Part shown: positions 8,167 to 18,171 of the stretch, piece by piece
How positions within the stretch are numbered: the stretch's first letter is position 1
Layout: the number at the start of each line of letters is the position of its first letter
IMG/VR virus record: IMGVR_UViG_3300005613_000085
Span: 1-52,128 of that record
Reading direction: 5' to 3' (one strand)
DNA from: a virus
Lineage: Duplodnaviria > Caudoviricetes
Length of the DNA: 52,128 nt
Notes under the pieces: generated by a model
Told to the model about the DNA's origin: nothing
Database searches by the model: none
What the model saw: the letters and a program-made list of their open reading frames with translations, nothing else
Position numbers and translations under genes: made by a program

Positions 8167-10096
8167 AATGTCATTTCAAAGCAGCTTCAAAGACGGGCTA
8201 AGACCGAGCCCACTATTAACAGTGTCGGAGTGGGCAGATCAGTACAGAATGCTCCCGGCGACATCAGCGGAGAAAGGCCGTTATCGTACCTCACGGACCC
8301 CATACTTAAAGGAACCGATGGATTGCCTCTCAATGCACAGCCCGGTCCGTGTCGTGGTGATAAAGAAACCAACCCAGGTCGGGGCAACGGAAGCGGGAAA
8401 TAACTTCCTTTTCTACGTCGCTGATATCGCCCCCGGTCCCTGTATGATGGTCTTTCCCACTACAGAACTAGCCAAGCGCCACTCCAAAACCAAGGTCGCC
8501 ACTTCTCTCCGTGAAATGCCTTGGCTCCACTCAAAGATCAAAGACGTTAATGCTCGTGGCGGAGACTCCATCTTCATAAAAGAATTCCCCGGCGGATTCT
8601 GGACCTTCATGGGATCAAACTCCCCTGCTATCTTCCGTTCTGCTTCAATCCAAATCCTCATCCTCGATGACGAAGATGGCTACGAAGCCGACGTAGGCGG
8701 TGAAGGCGATCCAGGCGATCTCGCAAAGAAACGAACCGACTCCTTCTCTGCCACCTGTAAATGGCTCTTAATGTCCACTCCAACTGTCAAAGGTCTCTCA
8801 CGTGTTGATAACGATTACGAAACCACTGATCAATGCGAATATTACGTCCCTTGTCCTCATTGCGATGAAATGCAGCCTCTCATCTGGGGCGGTACAGGCT
8901 TTGATCACGGTATTAAATTCTCTCACAAACACAAATCCGTTCAAGTCTCTGACGTCTGGTACGTCTGCCGAAAATGCCACAAACGCATTGACGAATACCA
9001 TAAACCATTCATGCTCGAGAACGGCGTCTGGGTACCAACACATCCAGAGATCAAACTCTATCGCGGATTCCAACTCAACTCCATGTACTCTCCCCTTGGG
9101 TGGGTGACATGGAAGAAGATCGCCATGGAGTTTCTTGAAGCAAAAAAGAAACCCGAAAAGCTCAAAGTCTGGGTTAATACTCGTCTTGGTCTTTCTTTCG
9201 AGGTCGAAGGTGAACAGCCTGATTGGAAGAAGATCAAATCCCGCGCCGGTGGATATAAAATCAACACCGTCCCTCGCGGTGGCCTCTACCTTGTCATGGG
9301 TGTCGATGTCCAAATCAATCGTCTCGCGGTAATCGTTCTCGCTTTTGGCCGCGAGGAAGAATGCTGGGTCATATTCTACGGCGAGATCTTCGGTAAACCA
9401 GCAGAACCTCAAGTCTGGGCGGAATTAGACACACTACGCAAAAAGCCCTTTCCCCATGCTTCTGGTGTTGACCTTCGCATCGGCTGTACAGCGGTAGATT
9501 CCGGAGACCAAACACAATTAGTCTACAACTACGTTAAAACTCGATCCCCTCGCGTCATTGCAGTCAAAGGATCATCTACCAGAGGTAAACAGATAATAGG
9601 AAGGCCTACGATGCAGGATGTGACATCTCCCAACGGCAGAGTCACTAAAGGTGCAGTAGAACTCTATGCCATTGGTACTGATACTGCGAAATACCTTATC
9701 TACTCGCGATTACAATTAAAAGACGAACTCAAAACCGGCCTCCCAACCAACACAGCGATGATCCACATGCCATCTTATCTCGATGACGACTTCTACGAAC
9801 AGCTCGTATCAGAGCGATTAACCACTCGATATGTAAAAGGCTATCCAGTAAAAGAATGGGTCTTACCCTCCGGAGCACGCAATGAAGTTCTCGACATAAC
9901 AGTCTACGCCTACGCCGCTGCCATCCACGCTGGTCTATATAGGTTCGATTGGCATAAATTAGAGAAAGAACTCGGAGGACTAATAAAAGCGAAAACGATA
10001 ACAAAACCCCCACCGACTCCGCGAGAGGTAAATGCACCAAAAGTGGACAAAACCAGATCAAAATCCAATTTCTTATCAAACACTACATATAGATAG
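8132..10096 (+). CDS. terL: Terminase large subunit (lambda GpA family)
   Basis: LTVSEWAD, RTPYLKEPMD, KPTQVGATE, ILDDED, STPT, CPHC, GVDVQ, VDSG, RNEVLDITVYA; alternative start ATG 8168. Confidence 0.95.
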   Translation: MIAGLEQGYQDVMSFQSSFKDGLRPSPLLTVSEWADQYRMLPATSAEKGRYRTSRTPYLKEPMDCLSMHSPVRVVVIKKPTQVGATEAGNNFLFYVADIAPGPCMMVFPTTELAKRHSKTKVATSLREMPWLHSKIKDVNARGGDSIFIKEFPGGFWTFMGSNSPAIFRSASIQILILDDEDGYEADVGGEGDPGDLAKKRTDSFSATCKWLLMSTPTVKGLSRVDNDYETTDQCEYYVPCPHCDEMQPLIWGGTGFDHGIKFSHKHKSVQVSDVWYVCRKCHKRIDEYHKPFMLENGVWVPTHPEIKLYRGFQLNSMYSPLGWVTWKKIAMEFLEAKKKPEKLKVWVNTRLGLSFEVEGEQPDWKKIKSRAGGYKINTVPRGGLYLVMGVDVQINRLAVIVLAFGREEECWVIFYGEIFGKPAEPQVWAELDTLRKKPFPHASGVDLRIGCTAVDSGDQTQLVYNYVKTRSPRVIAVKGSSTRGKQIIGRPTMQDVTSPNGRVTKGAVELYAIGTDTAKYLIYSRLQLKDELKTGLPTNTAMIHMPSYLDDDFYEQLVSERLTTRYVKGYPVKEWVLPSGARNEVLDITVYAYAAAIHAGLYRFDWHKLEKELGGLIKAKTITKPPPTPREVNAPKVDKTRSKSNFLSNTTYR

Positions 10097-10156
10097 CACG
10101 CAGATATATTCGTCGTGCCAGAAATCGCTACTTCTTGGACATTATATATATATATA
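10097..10156 (+). promoter_or_regulatory. Conserved 30-bp element, copy 2, plus (TA)n tract
   Basis: CACGCAGATATATTCGTCGTGCCAGAAATC directly after the terL stop, then TGGACATTATATATATATATA upstream of the endolysin. Confidence 0.55.
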
Positions 10157-10181
10157 AACACATGTGGAGGTACAAACTTTT

Positions 10182-10604
10182 ATGCCTCATTACAGTGAAT
10201 CATCATTACGCAAATTACAAACATGTCATTCTTATCTTCAAGAGCTCTTTGGCGAAGTAATTAAAGTCTGGGACTGTACGATTGTAGAGGGTCAACGATC
10301 TTTATCACGTCAGGCTGATTTACTCGCTGAAGGTAAAACAACGATTGAATTCTCCCGCCATAACGTAACTCCATTATCCTGGGCAGTAGACGTTATGCCT
10401 TATCCAGTAGATTGGAATGACATACCTAGATTCTGTCATTTCGCTGGTATTGTTCTCGGTCTATCTGTCTCTATGGGTATTCCTATTCGTTGGGGTGGTA
10501 ATTGGAAACAATCAAAACGCAAATTAACTGATCACGGACTTATTGACATGCCTCATTTCGAGCTAACGGGTCCGGACTTTAAATTAAAGGGGACGTATAT
10601 ATGA
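10182..10604 (+). CDS. Endolysin, M15 family (L-Ala-D-Glu peptidase-like)
   Basis: GQRS..RQ, SRH, AVD..PYP, RWGGNW, DMPHFEL; RBS GGAGG before ATG 10182. Confidence 0.88.
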   Translation: MPHYSESSLRKLQTCHSYLQELFGEVIKVWDCTIVEGQRSLSRQADLLAEGKTTIEFSRHNVTPLSWAVDVMPYPVDWNDIPRFCHFAGIVLGLSVSMGIPIRWGGNWKQSKRKLTDHGLIDMPHFELTGPDFKLKGTYI

Positions 10605-11119
10605 GTATAAAGCTCAATCTCGGCTGTGGTAAACGTATTTTAAAAGGCTATACAAACATAGACCTTCATAATACAAAAGCGGATATATTACACGATCTTA
10701 CAACACCGCTGCTATATGACAATAACACTGTCGATGAAATACTCGCTGAACATATCGTTGAACACTTCCACCCGGAAGAGTGGTATCGCATTGTCGCTGA
10801 TTGGTCTCGGGTACTAAAGCCCGGTGGAATACTTCACATCTACACGCCGGATATTATTCGCTGTGCAAAAAACCTTATAGCTGAATCGGAAATAATACAC
10901 GGTGACGATAAGCGCATAAAATGGCGCTGGCTCCTTCCCATCTACGGTGGTTATCGTGGTCCTGGTGAAATACACAAAAACGGATTTAATTTAACAAAAC
11001 TAACTAATCATCTCAATGCAGTCAATATCCTTGTCACTGACCATGGCTATTTCCGTGATCGGAAACCATCACCGACAGGGTTTAACGTTTATGTAAAGGG
11101 GATCAAACAATGCAATTAA
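10601..11119 (+). CDS. Class I SAM-dependent methyltransferase
   Basis: KLNLGCG, TNID, DEILAEHIVEH, RVLKPGG. Confidence 0.85.
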   Translation: MSIKLNLGCGKRILKGYTNIDLHNTKADILHDLTTPLLYDNNTVDEILAEHIVEHFHPEEWYRIVADWSRVLKPGGILHIYTPDIIRCAKNLIAESEIIHGDDKRIKWRWLLPIYGGYRGPGEIHKNGFNLTKLTNHLNAVNILVTDHGYFRDRKPSPTGFNVYVKGIKQCN

Positions 11120-11820
11120 CGATCGTATGTGCAGTTGATAATGAAGATTTACTGGAAGCTAATTTGTTAAAGTCGAAAGTTGTGAGGAAGAAGCAATGTC
11201 CGATACTATTGCTAAAAGACCCCAATCCCAATGACCCTGATAGAGTTTGGAACCCAGTAGCTGCTCTTAACGAAGGTAAAATGGCCGCAACAACTACACA
11301 TATTGCTTTCATTCAACAATCCATATTCCTTCCAGACATATGGTATGACACTACGATGCAGTCATTGGTCCGTATCACTCAGATCGATTCTAACTTCGGA
11401 GCCCTGGGAGTTGCAGGAGTGTATCACGATAGATTAGTCGGCCATATCAAAAACGGTAACAGAGCCTGGGGAACACCAGTCGGGCTTCCGAGAGTCGTTG
11501 ATACTTTAGATGAAATGCTAATCATAACGAGGAAAGACAATGTATGGTTTGATGAATCTACTCCTTCGGGTTACTACTACGGTGCTGATCTTTGCATCAC
11601 ATATCGTATGCGGGATCTGCGTAATTATGCTATTAACGCTTATTGCCGTAACAATAGCCCTGAAGTTAAAAGACTCCCGGATGATGTTAAAGCTGCGCAA
11701 GACTACCTCCGGACGAAATATAATCTGGTTAAGCCGGAATTCCGTGTTTTTCCCATTAGGACAACAAACGAGACAATTGATAAGACAGAGAAGAAAGAGA
11801 AGAAAGAGAAATCTAAATGA
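11110..11820 (+). CDS. Glycosyltransferase-like protein (GT-A fold, degenerate DxD)
   Basis: AALNEG...IAFIQQSIFLP, GALGVAG, VDTLDEMLII, YYYGADLC. Confidence 0.65.
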   Translation: MQLTIVCAVDNEDLLEANLLKSKVVRKKQCPILLLKDPNPNDPDRVWNPVAALNEGKMAATTTHIAFIQQSIFLPDIWYDTTMQSLVRITQIDSNFGALGVAGVYHDRLVGHIKNGNRAWGTPVGLPRVVDTLDEMLIITRKDNVWFDESTPSGYYYGADLCITYRMRDLRNYAINAYCRNNSPEVKRLPDDVKAAQDYLRTKYNLVKPEFRVFPIRTTNETIDKTEKKEKKEKSK

Positions 11821-12512
11821 ACGTTGCAATAATAATCCCCGTAGTTCAGGCAAGATTGGCCACAGACTTACTAAATCAGATTAAATCCGGCATATATGTG
11901 CCGGACCAAGTCATAATCATTGACAACACTTCTGATGGCTTTGTATGTCCGATTCACGCTGGTCAGCAAATAAGACCGAAGAATGTACCATTACCGGTCA
12001 ACCCGTCCTGGTACTTAGGGCTTTCACATTTACGATCCGACATAGATGTCGTTGGGATCTTAAATGACGATATTGTTATTACTAAGTGGTTCATTGATAA
12101 AGCCATGGAAGTCTTCGACACTACATTAAACTGTGGTATAGCAATACCGAGAGAGGCCAACGAAGATGAGGTTCGCAATTATCAAGCAACTCCAAGCGTT
12201 CGTGTCTGTGCTCATAAAACAAAAAAACGCTCAGGATGGGCGTTCTTTGTTAGGCGTTCGGCTTTAGAGTCAATACCTTCAATACCAAATGATCTCTCTA
12301 TGTTCTTCGGCGACGCCTGGATATTTCAGCTTCTCCACATCAAGGGTTGGTATCGATATCATATGATCGATAACCCGGTATTTCATTACGGCGGAATATC
12401 ACTTAAACAAGGCCCAGTCAGTAAATCACGCTCTCTTCGTAGATATGAGCGCCACATATACCGCAAAGCAATAGAGGAGATAAAATCATGTCCTACACAA
12501 GCACGGACTTAA
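11817..12512 (+). CDS. Glycosyltransferase, GT2-like
   Basis: AIIIPV, IIIDN, NPSWYLG, ILNDDI, FFGDAW, VFHYGG. Confidence 0.8.
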   Translation: MNVAIIIPVVQARLATDLLNQIKSGIYVPDQVIIIDNTSDGFVCPIHAGQQIRPKNVPLPVNPSWYLGLSHLRSDIDVVGILNDDIVITKWFIDKAMEVFDTTLNCGIAIPREANEDEVRNYQATPSVRVCAHKTKKRSGWAFFVRRSALESIPSIPNDLSMFFGDAWIFQLLHIKGWYRYHMIDNPVFHYGGISLKQGPVSKSRSLRRYERHIYRKAIEEIKSCPTQART

Positions 12513-12715
12513 CATCTGTAGAAGCTGCGATAGTTACACTGGCGACAGGAGAACGGCAAGTCCGTGTGACTATTAATAACAAAACTATTGAATACGGACA
12601 AGCAGATCTAAGTAAGCTCGAACACCTTAGGGGTGTTATGCAAGCTGAGATCGCCGCTGCTGCTGGCACTGGTACTCGCCATCGGTACGTGCAGACTTCA
12701 AAAGGATATGATTGA
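12488..12715 (+). CDS. Head-to-tail joining protein (gpW-like)
   Basis: Small ORF before the portal: LTSVEAAIVTLATGERQVRV...IEY. Confidence 0.85.
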   Translation: MSYTSTDLTSVEAAIVTLATGERQVRVTINNKTIEYGQADLSKLEHLRGVMQAEIAAAAGTGTRHRYVQTSKGYD

Positions 12716-14301
12716 TGAGATGGAATCCAATTAAATCACTAGCCAGATGGGTATTGAAAAACGACAAGCCAAAACAACGTGCATATACACATGACGGAGC
12801 AACGACAGGAAGAAGACTAGGTACTTGGGGGTTATCAGGTAACGGTCCTAATACTATTGTATCTCAAGATGGAGCTAATCTCCGTGCCAGGGCCAGGAAA
12901 ATCGTACGTGAGAATCCCATTGCAAAAAACGCTGTGGAATCATATGTAGCAAGCGCCGTTGGTAAAGGCATTACTCCGCGATGGCAATCAGAGAGTGAAG
13001 AGATTAATAAAAATATCTTAAAGCTCTGGAAGCAATGCGTGCCTTATATGGATGCTGATGGTGTGTTGGATTTCTATGGTCAACAGTCTCAAGTCGTTAG
13101 AACTGTTCTGACTGCCGGAGAGATTCTCGCTCATATGTTGGTGGTGAAGAAAGACAAAAACAATCCTGTGCCATTCAAGGTTCGTTTAATGGAGCCTGAT
13201 ATGTTTAAACAGTGCACAGTTGAATACATATCTCGTAACCGTACAATACGTATGGGTATTGAGTTTGACAATAACAACGTTCGGAAAGCTTATCATGTCT
13301 ATAAAGAACATCCAGGAGATACAATAGTAACTTCTGCATTTTCATTCGCCTCTGACATAATTAGAATCCCCGTAGAAGATATGATGCATATATTCGTTCC
13401 TCTTCGCCCCGGTCAGATCCGGGGCATAACTCGTTTCTCAACTCTCATCACAAGACTCCGACAATTAGATGAGTATGAAGATGCCGAATTAACAAGGAAG
13501 AAAGTCGCTGCGATGTTCAGTGCGTTTGTGATTTCAGATTCAGGCGATGCGGATCTCTCTGCTATGCCTGGAGAGAATGAAGATGTAGTTGACAGTGACG
13601 GTAGCACAGTGACGTTAGCTTCACTTGAACCTGGGCTTGTTACGTATCTCAGGTCTGGAGCTAATGACATTAAGTTCGCTCAACCCGCCGATGTCGGTGC
13701 TAATTATCAAGTCTGGTTGCAACAACAATTACGTGAAATCGCCATGGGTATGGAAGTTACATACGAGCAACTAACTGGTGATCTTACTAATGTCAATTTC
13801 TCTTCTATTCGCGCAGGGCTTATTGAATTCCGTCGTCGGTGTGAGGCGTTTCAAAACAACATAATAGTACATCAATTTTGCCGTCCGTTAGCAGCAAAGT
13901 GGCTTGACATTGCAGTATTATCCAGAGCAATAAACATCCCTGATTACAATAAAAATCGCGCATCTTATATCAATGCATTCTGGAATGCAGACGCCTGGGC
14001 TTATGTGAATCCTAAAGAAGATGTTGAAACAAACGTCCTTGAGGTTCGCAGTGGGTTTAAATCTCGTGAGATGGTTGTTGAATCCACATCTAATCGTGAC
14101 ATTCAAGAACTTGATAAAGAGATTAAAGAAGAGAATGATCGGACGAAAGATTTGGAGTTAAAGTTCGATACCGATGTTAATAAACCGGATGATCCGATAG
14201 TACAGCCTGGTATGGGTGGTGGGGTACCGATGAAGCCAGATCCTAAAGAGAAGGCAAAGGAAAAACCAAAACCCAAACCAAAGCCGAAAGGTAAACCGTA
14301 A
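12712..14301 (+). CDS. Portal protein (lambda family)
   Basis: LRARARKIVRENP, RPGQIRG, YEQLTGDLTNVNFSSIRAG, YVNPKED; Pro/Lys-rich tail. Confidence 0.95.
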   Translation: MMRWNPIKSLARWVLKNDKPKQRAYTHDGATTGRRLGTWGLSGNGPNTIVSQDGANLRARARKIVRENPIAKNAVESYVASAVGKGITPRWQSESEEINKNILKLWKQCVPYMDADGVLDFYGQQSQVVRTVLTAGEILAHMLVVKKDKNNPVPFKVRLMEPDMFKQCTVEYISRNRTIRMGIEFDNNNVRKAYHVYKEHPGDTIVTSAFSFASDIIRIPVEDMMHIFVPLRPGQIRGITRFSTLITRLRQLDEYEDAELTRKKVAAMFSAFVISDSGDADLSAMPGENEDVVDSDGSTVTLASLEPGLVTYLRSGANDIKFAQPADVGANYQVWLQQQLREIAMGMEVTYEQLTGDLTNVNFSSIRAGLIEFRRRCEAFQNNIIVHQFCRPLAAKWLDIAVLSRAINIPDYNKNRASYINAFWNADAWAYVNPKEDVETNVLEVRSGFKSREMVVESTSNRDIQELDKEIKEENDRTKDLELKFDTDVNKPDDPIVQPGMGGGVPMKPDPKEKAKEKPKPKPKPKGKP

Positions 14302-14894
14302 TGCGCAATCACGTTATAATCTCAGGCACAGGCCGCTGTGGTACAAGGTCAATAATAGAACTCTTGACTCGCCTTGGATTAGACACAGGTTTCACTGTTA
14401 AAGACATCGAAGTATCAAGTACGTATAAAGGCAAGCGTATGGAGTTTCAATCTCTTGAATTCAGCACTTATAGACTATCTCCAAACGCGCCGTATATTAT
14501 AAAATCTCCTCACTTCTGCGTGACTATCTCCAGATGTTTGAAACGATACAAAATAAACGTTGATCATCTATTCGTTCCTATCAGAGATATAAAACAAGCC
14601 GCACGGAGTGCAAGGCGAGTGTTTAAAGATAGAGGTCGTTTAATTGGTACGAATTCATTTAAGCCTGGAGTTCAAGAGGCTGTTCTAATGCGCAGGTTAT
14701 ACGGTTTATTACTTAACGCATCTGCGGAAATGATTCCCGTAACGTTTATGCAATTTCCCCTACTCACAAGAGATAGTGAGTATTTATATAAGAAATTAAA
14801 ACCGATATTGAAAGGTATTACTTATGAAACCTTCGCTGATGTATTCGCTGTTTCTATGGACCAAAGTAAGGTACATAAGTATCCAAAGAAATAG
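14301..14894 (+). CDS. Sulfotransferase-like P-loop protein
   Basis: IISGTGRCGTR (5'-PSB-like loop), IIKSPH, VPIRD...S (3'-PB-like). Confidence 0.6.
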   Translation: MRNHVIISGTGRCGTRSIIELLTRLGLDTGFTVKDIEVSSTYKGKRMEFQSLEFSTYRLSPNAPYIIKSPHFCVTISRCLKRYKINVDHLFVPIRDIKQAARSARRVFKDRGRLIGTNSFKPGVQEAVLMRRLYGLLLNASAEMIPVTFMQFPLLTRDSEYLYKKLKPILKGITYETFADVFAVSMDQSKVHKYPKK

Positions 14895-14911
14895 TAAAGG
14901 AGCTGATTAAT

Positions 14912-16183
14912 ATGTCACTACATAAACTACCTCATATAGCAGCGAGGATATTCAACACACCTTTATTGGTCACTCATGATCGTATAAGGGAAATCATCGT
15001 TGCGTTAAATGAACGAATAGAGATCAGTGCTGAGACTATAGACGGGTATACGACTAATGTCAATGACTACATACCTGAGCAAATCGACAACATCGCTGTT
15101 ATACCTGTTCACGGTACTTTAGTTCATCAAGGTGGATTTGCCGACGCCCTATCCGGTATTCAATCCTACTCAGAAATCAGATCAATGTATCAAGCAGCAT
15201 TACAAAGCTCACAATATGAATCAATCCTATGGTCGTTTAGATCTCCTGGAGGAGAAGTCTCCGGTCTATTTGATTTCATAGATGAAATATACGAATCACG
15301 CGGCATCAAACCTATGGCTGCGATTGTCAATGAAATGGCCATGTCTGCTGCATTTGGCCTCGCCTCTGCCGTTGGTAATATCTATATCCCTCGAACAGGC
15401 ATGGTTGGATCTGTCGGTGTTATTGCAATGCACAAGGACCAATCAAAAGCCGATGAAAAAGCAGGCCTCAAATACACAGCGGTCTATGCCGGTGCTAAAA
15501 AGAATGAAGGAAATCCTCACGAGCCATTTAGCAAAGAGGATCGTGAAGCACTTCAAGAACGAGTTAATGACACATACGAGCTTTTTACTGCAACTGTCGC
15601 TCGTAATCTTGGAGTATCTCAGCAAGCTATCAAAGACACCGAAGCTGGTGATTATATCGGCGAGAAAGCAGTCGCAGTTGGATTTGCTTCTCAGATAGCT
15701 AGTTATACGGAAGTAATCAACCATTTACAATACCAAGGAGGTAATAACATGCCTATTACTAATCAGAATGCGCAGAGTCAAGCCGATGCTCAACGCATAG
15801 CGGAATTGGAAACAAAGATCGGTCAGTTGAGTGCGGGGATTGACGAGAAAGACGCGGCAATCGAAGCGCTCAATGCTAAGGGAAAGGAAGTTCCGGATCA
15901 GCTTCAAGCTGAAGTTGAGAAAGAACGTGAGAGAATTGCAGAGATTATAACGCTCTGTGAGACTCATAACGTTTCGGAACTCGCGGAAGGTTTTATTAAA
16001 GAAGGTAAAGGAATCGATGTTGTCGGTACTGCGATTCTCAGTGCTCTTGCAGAGAAGTCTAAAGTCCAGAATACAATGGATACCAAGGTCAAAGAGCCCG
16101 GTGATGGCCCGAATCCTTTAATTGAACTCTGTAAGAAACGAGCTGAGGCTGCTAAATTGTCTTGGCAAAAACGTGGTATATAA
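14912..16183 (+). CDS. Prohead protease, S49 family (gpC-like), with C-terminal scaffold
   Basis: IAVIPVHGTL, SPGGEV, AMSAAFGLAS, VGSVGV. Confidence 0.92.
   Translation: MSLHKLPHIAARIFNTPLLVTHDRIREIIVALNERIEISAETIDGYTTNVNDYIPEQIDNIAVIPVHGTLVHQGGFADALSGIQSYSEIRSMYQAALQSSQYESILWSFRSPGGEVSGLFDFIDEIYESRGIKPMAAIVNEMAMSAAFGLASAVGNIYIPRTGMVGSVGVIAMHKDQSKADEKAGLKYTAVYAGAKKNEGNPHEPFSKEDREALQERVNDTYELFTATVARNLGVSQQAIKDTEAGDYIGEKAVAVGFASQIASYTEVINHLQYQGGNNMPITNQNAQSQADAQRIAELETKIGQLSAGIDEKDAAIEALNAKGKEVPDQLQAEVEKERERIAEIITLCETHNVSELAEGFIKEGKGIDVVGTAILSALAEKSKVQNTMDTKVKEPGDGPNPLIELCKKRAEAAKLSWQKRGI
15749..16183 (+). CDS. Nested in-frame scaffold protein (Nu3-like)
   Basis: Strong internal RBS AAGGAGGT at 15735-15742 before in-frame ATG 15749; coiled coil with ERERIAEI. 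Confidence 0.7.
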   Translation: MPITNQNAQSQADAQRIAELETKIGQLSAGIDEKDAAIEALNAKGKEVPDQLQAEVEKERERIAEIITLCETHNVSELAEGFIKEGKGIDVVGTAILSALAEKSKVQNTMDTKVKEPGDGPNPLIELCKKRAEAAKLSWQKRGI

Positions 16184-16197
16184 GGGAGGTGAATTAA

Positions 16198-17127
16198 ATG
16201 CCTAGCATTTTACGTGAAGGTTATGGTCTCGGTGATGTTCTTCGGTATGAAGAGTTAGATAAAATGTCCCGAGATGAAGTTACTGTACTTGCCGGTCAAG
16301 AACTTCTTGTTGGTGAGGTATTAGGTAGAGTCTCCGCTGGTACATGCCCTACGACAGGTACTGCTGATGTAGGAAATACAGGTAATGGTACCTGTACCGC
16401 TGTTACTGCTGGTGTGGATGTTAAAGTTGGTGTTTATCAAGCCCGGTGCGTAAAGAAAGTCACCAATTTAGGTGATTTTGAAATTAGAGATCCTGACGGT
16501 GTTTTAATTGGCATAGCAACCACTGGTACCGCTTTTGCTCATGATCAAATTAATCTCACAGTCAATGATGGTTCGACTGACTTTGAGTTGGAAGATTTAT
16601 TTACTGTTACTGTCCCCGCTGGTGGTCTTCAAGTCAGAGAGATTAACTTCTCCGGTGTTGACGGAACTGCACATGCAATGGGATTATCTTGGGCTGCTTA
16701 TGATGCCTCTGCTCCTGGAACCAGAACACTTGCATATAACTCCGGTGGTACTTACGAAGTTATGCCTGGTGACACGATTACTGGTGATACTTCCGCTGCT
16801 ACTGCTGTTGTTGTAGCTTGTGGCTTATCAACTGGAACCTGGGCGGGCGGTGATGCTGCTGGTACGTTTACATTACAAGAACAGTCAGGGACATTTACAA
16901 CTGGTGAAACTTTTAGCGTCGGTGGTAATTCCAATGTCGCTACAAATAACGCTGGTGGAAATTCCACCGCAGTCGCCGCTTCTGATCTTGCCGGTGTTGC
17001 TGTTGTCCGTCATGCAAGAGTTGTTAGCACTCGCCTTGTATGGCCTACTGGTGCTACTGCTGCACAAAAAGCCGCAGCGATTGTAGAACTCGCTGCTTTA
17101 GGAATTATAGTTAGAGACTACGCATAA
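16198..17127 (+). CDS. Head decoration protein with inserted domains
   Basis: Between protease and capsid; SRDEVTVLAGQ.L.VGEVLG and ARV....LVWP.GAT.AQK..A...LAALGIIVR. Confidence 0.8.
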   Translation: MPSILREGYGLGDVLRYEELDKMSRDEVTVLAGQELLVGEVLGRVSAGTCPTTGTADVGNTGNGTCTAVTAGVDVKVGVYQARCVKKVTNLGDFEIRDPDGVLIGIATTGTAFAHDQINLTVNDGSTDFELEDLFTVTVPAGGLQVREINFSGVDGTAHAMGLSWAAYDASAPGTRTLAYNSGGTYEVMPGDTITGDTSAATAVVVACGLSTGTWAGGDAAGTFTLQEQSGTFTTGETFSVGGNSNVATNNAGGNSTAVAASDLAGVAVVRHARVVSTRLVWPTGATAAQKAAAIVELAALGIIVRDYA

Positions 17128-17142
17128 GGAGGTGAAATTCTA

Positions 17143-18153
17143 ATGTTATTCAATCCCTTTAATCAAGATGCTTTCACCTTAGTAAATCTGGCGGAAGCAA
17201 TGACTATCTTACCCAATAACTACGGTAGGATCAATCAATCAGGGATCTTCAAGGAGAAGGGAAGTAACAGCCGGACTATCTTAGTTGAAATGAAGGACGG
17301 TGTATTAAACCTGTTACCAACTAAACCTGTTGGAGCCCCTGGTAGTGAACTTAACCGTGGTTTGAGAAATGTCCGATCTTTGGTCATTCCTCATATCCCT
17401 GCTCATGATGTTATTCTCCCTCAAGAACTTGAAGGTATTAGAGCTTTCGGTACAGAAGACCGACTGGTCGCTCTAAGTGAGATCATGGCAGAACATCTTC
17501 AGTCTGCTAAAGACAAGTTCGCGATTACCAAAGAGTATCAGAGAATTACTGCATTGAACGGGTCTGTGTTAGATTCTGACGGTGCTACTGTGCTCTTTAA
17601 CTGGTATGAAGAGTTCTTGATGAAGCAGAAGACCGTGACATTTACTGTCTCTGGTACTGAAGATCCTCGGAAACCTGTATTAGAACTTAAACGTTATATG
17701 GAAACTCATCTTAAAGGTGAGACCATGAACGGTTATCACTGTTACGTTGACAAAGATTTCTTCGACGGTATTACTCAATATGGTGAAATGAAGACTGCCT
17801 GGGATAGGTGGAGAGAGGGTGAATTCTACCGATCAGATATGAGAAACAGATTTGAATTCTGCGGCATCGTATTTGAAGAGTATGAAGGAACTGCCGATGA
17901 CAGAGACGGTGTGGCAAGGAAGTTTATTCCTTCTAAGTATGGTTACTGTTACCCAACAGGTACCAGTCAGATGTTTAGAAGTTATTATGCTCCTGCTAAC
18001 CGATTCAGCACAATCAATAAGCCAGGCCAAGAGAATTATGTATGGCAACGGATGAGAGACGATGAGTCTGGTATCGACCTTTGGTTCGAGACTAATCCAA
18101 TGCACATGGTAATGAGACCTGAATTGATAGTTAAGGTATATTGCCAGACTTAA
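17143..18153 (+). CDS. Major capsid protein (lambda E-like)
   Basis: Position and size; IPHIPAHDVILPQE, EYQRITALNG, FEFCGIVFEEY, ETNPM...RPE. Confidence 0.92.
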   Translation: MLFNPFNQDAFTLVNLAEAMTILPNNYGRINQSGIFKEKGSNSRTILVEMKDGVLNLLPTKPVGAPGSELNRGLRNVRSLVIPHIPAHDVILPQELEGIRAFGTEDRLVALSEIMAEHLQSAKDKFAITKEYQRITALNGSVLDSDGATVLFNWYEEFLMKQKTVTFTVSGTEDPRKPVLELKRYMETHLKGETMNGYHCYVDKDFFDGITQYGEMKTAWDRWREGEFYRSDMRNRFEFCGIVFEEYEGTADDRDGVARKFIPSKYGYCYPTGTSQMFRSYYAPANRFSTINKPGQENYVWQRMRDDESGIDLWFETNPMHMVMRPELIVKVYCQT

Positions 18154-18171
18154 TCTGAAGAGGATTAACTT

